From assembly GCA_963693365.1 (NCBI GenBank), contig CAVNZM010000004.1, positions 10,382,468 to 10,446,467 on the forward strand: a stretch of 64,000 bases of DNA. Direction: 5' to 3'. The position numbers and the translations under genes are program-made. Origin of the DNA: Amoebidium appalachense. Its lineage: Eukaryota > Protista > Ichthyosporea. Below are positions 62,237 to 64,000 of this stretch, one piece after another. The notes beneath the pieces were generated by a model. The model had not been told where the DNA came from and did not search any database. It saw nothing but the letters and a program-made list of their open reading frames with translations. Positions within the stretch are counted from its first letter, which is position 1, and every line of letters starts with the position of its first letter.

Positions 62237-64000
62237 CTGCTCTAAGCTACTGTGTCTTGTGCAGAATGTGTGCTGTATGTGCACGTGTGCGTGTACGTGT
62301 GTGTTTGTGTGCGTGTGTATCCCCTACAGCAGTATCTGGCACGCCCTGACTGCGCCCTCGATGTAGCCGTTTTACGCCCACATCGACCCTGCCCGAGTCA
62401 TCGTTTCTCTTTGAAAAATCAGGTCTATGTACCTCAAAAGCTTTTTGTTCACAACTGCAGCTGAAGCTTCGCGCGCGCTTTTTTCTTGGAAACCTCGGGT
62501 GTACACATGTCCGAGCGGAGCACGGACACATCTCTGACTCACTGAGGGGGCGGCCTCGGAGCCACTGCCACACCATCAAGCTCACACACGCACACAAAAA
62601 CATCTACACACACACACTCGGTTGCGCACACATATGCGTATACTCGCGCACATTAATTCACACACCACTATTTACACACACATATGCATGTGCACCGGTA
62701 GTACTACCATACGTATACTAATACATAGTACTATGCACGTCACCACGTAGACTACTACTACCATATGGGTCAGCACAATATACTGTAAGGTATACGCGTA
62801 TATATACCTATTAATGCATTGTGTTGGCAATTCACATGGGTGCAGATGCGCATGTAGTCACAATTACACACTATATCAAACATAAACACCGTACTGACAC
62901 ATACGTATACTAATCACAACACCCACCCACATTTATTGCTGTCACACAAGCCGCGAGCAGGCACACGTTGGGCATGATCATGATAGCTACAAGTATGAAT
63001 ACTAATTACATAGTTGCCCTTTATGAAATCAAATCAAAACTTGAAGCGTGGTCATCGTAATGGAGCTCGAGAGAAAGATCTCTAGAGGGGGGGGGAGGGG
63101 GGGGGGGCGGCTACCTTTCGCTCGACTGAGAATCTGATGGGTTTTCCGCCCTCTCCCCTCAAAAGAGAAAAGAATGTCATGATATTAGTTGGTGTATGTA
63201 ATACCACTGGAACATTACATTTTATCGAGACCTTTTTAATGTGGGATTTTGCCCCTTGGCGAACCAAAATTTACACTTACGAAGTTGTTACAATACTGTT
63301 CATGACCTGCTGCTGGTATAGATATGCGCCACCAACCACTATTTTGCATTCATCTAATTTGTATTTATCTTTAAGGCTCAGTGGCCAGTGATACAACTTC
63401 ACATCGCAGTGCTAAGTTTTATAATTTATAACACAAGTTCAAGCCCAGTGCTATCAGCCGTCTATCCAACCATAATGTTCCAAATACATATATTGATATA
63501 AACACGGAGTACAGACATGTGGCAAAACCAAGTAGACAAATTCATTATCTGTATAGCTATGTGACACCAAGTTGGCTGTGAGGAGTTAAGCATTTGGCCT
63601 AGTGTTACCGTTACGTAAGTATAGTGTATTATCAAGTGTGTGCATATATATATATCATACGGTACTACGGCCGCAACCTTAAACCTATTGTGTTGACTTC
63701 CCACCAACGTATGTAAGTACCGTCATGTGCGTGATAGCATCCTACCGTGAACATTATCAATATTGCGAACTGTGGTAGTCCCAAACTTGAGACTCACCCA
63801 GTCCTTTATCACCTCATACTTGTATTGGAAAATCTGGCACGCACACTGATCAATAAGGAACATACTCATACAAATACGCCCAAACATGGACCACCCGAGG
63901 AAACTCAACAAGGTTTTGGGCATACAAAACACATAAATGAAATGAAACTCCCACACAAGGTAGTTGAAAACAATCACCCTGATGTTGAAATAGTAGTCAC

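Noticed and set aside
63723-64000. Open frames on both strands at the window end
   Set aside because: Truncated by the window edge, with no motif to decide strand or coding status.

Overview
Eukaryotic, intron-rich genomic DNA with introns packed with (CA)n/(GT)n, (GA)n and long C/G homopolymers. Nearly all entries in the six-frame ORF track are microsatellite artefacts. Gene content suggests an opisthokont, possibly a unicellular holozoan (inference only). Manual exon splicing gives six coding loci plus an orphan exon: (1) the 3' part of a class IIa-type histone deacetylase with an N-terminal chromo-barrel/Tudor-knot motif and a catalytic Tyr; (2) an intronless CCCH zinc-finger ORF with a terminal frameshift; (3) a disrupted, spliced OTU-domain gene; (4) a 10-exon Aa_trans amino-acid transporter; (5) a 24-exon importin-5 hosting an AT-AC minor intron, three box C/D snoRNA copies and a tandem array of decoy 3' splice sites; (6) a minus-strand gene with two Rap1-like Myb repeats and two -1 frame discontinuities; plus an orphan calcium-binding EGF exon. 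Mobile DNA includes a 1.6-kb TIR element, MITEs and a dispersed family of 5'-truncated, 3'-anchored elements that end in poly(C), possibly Penelope-like.
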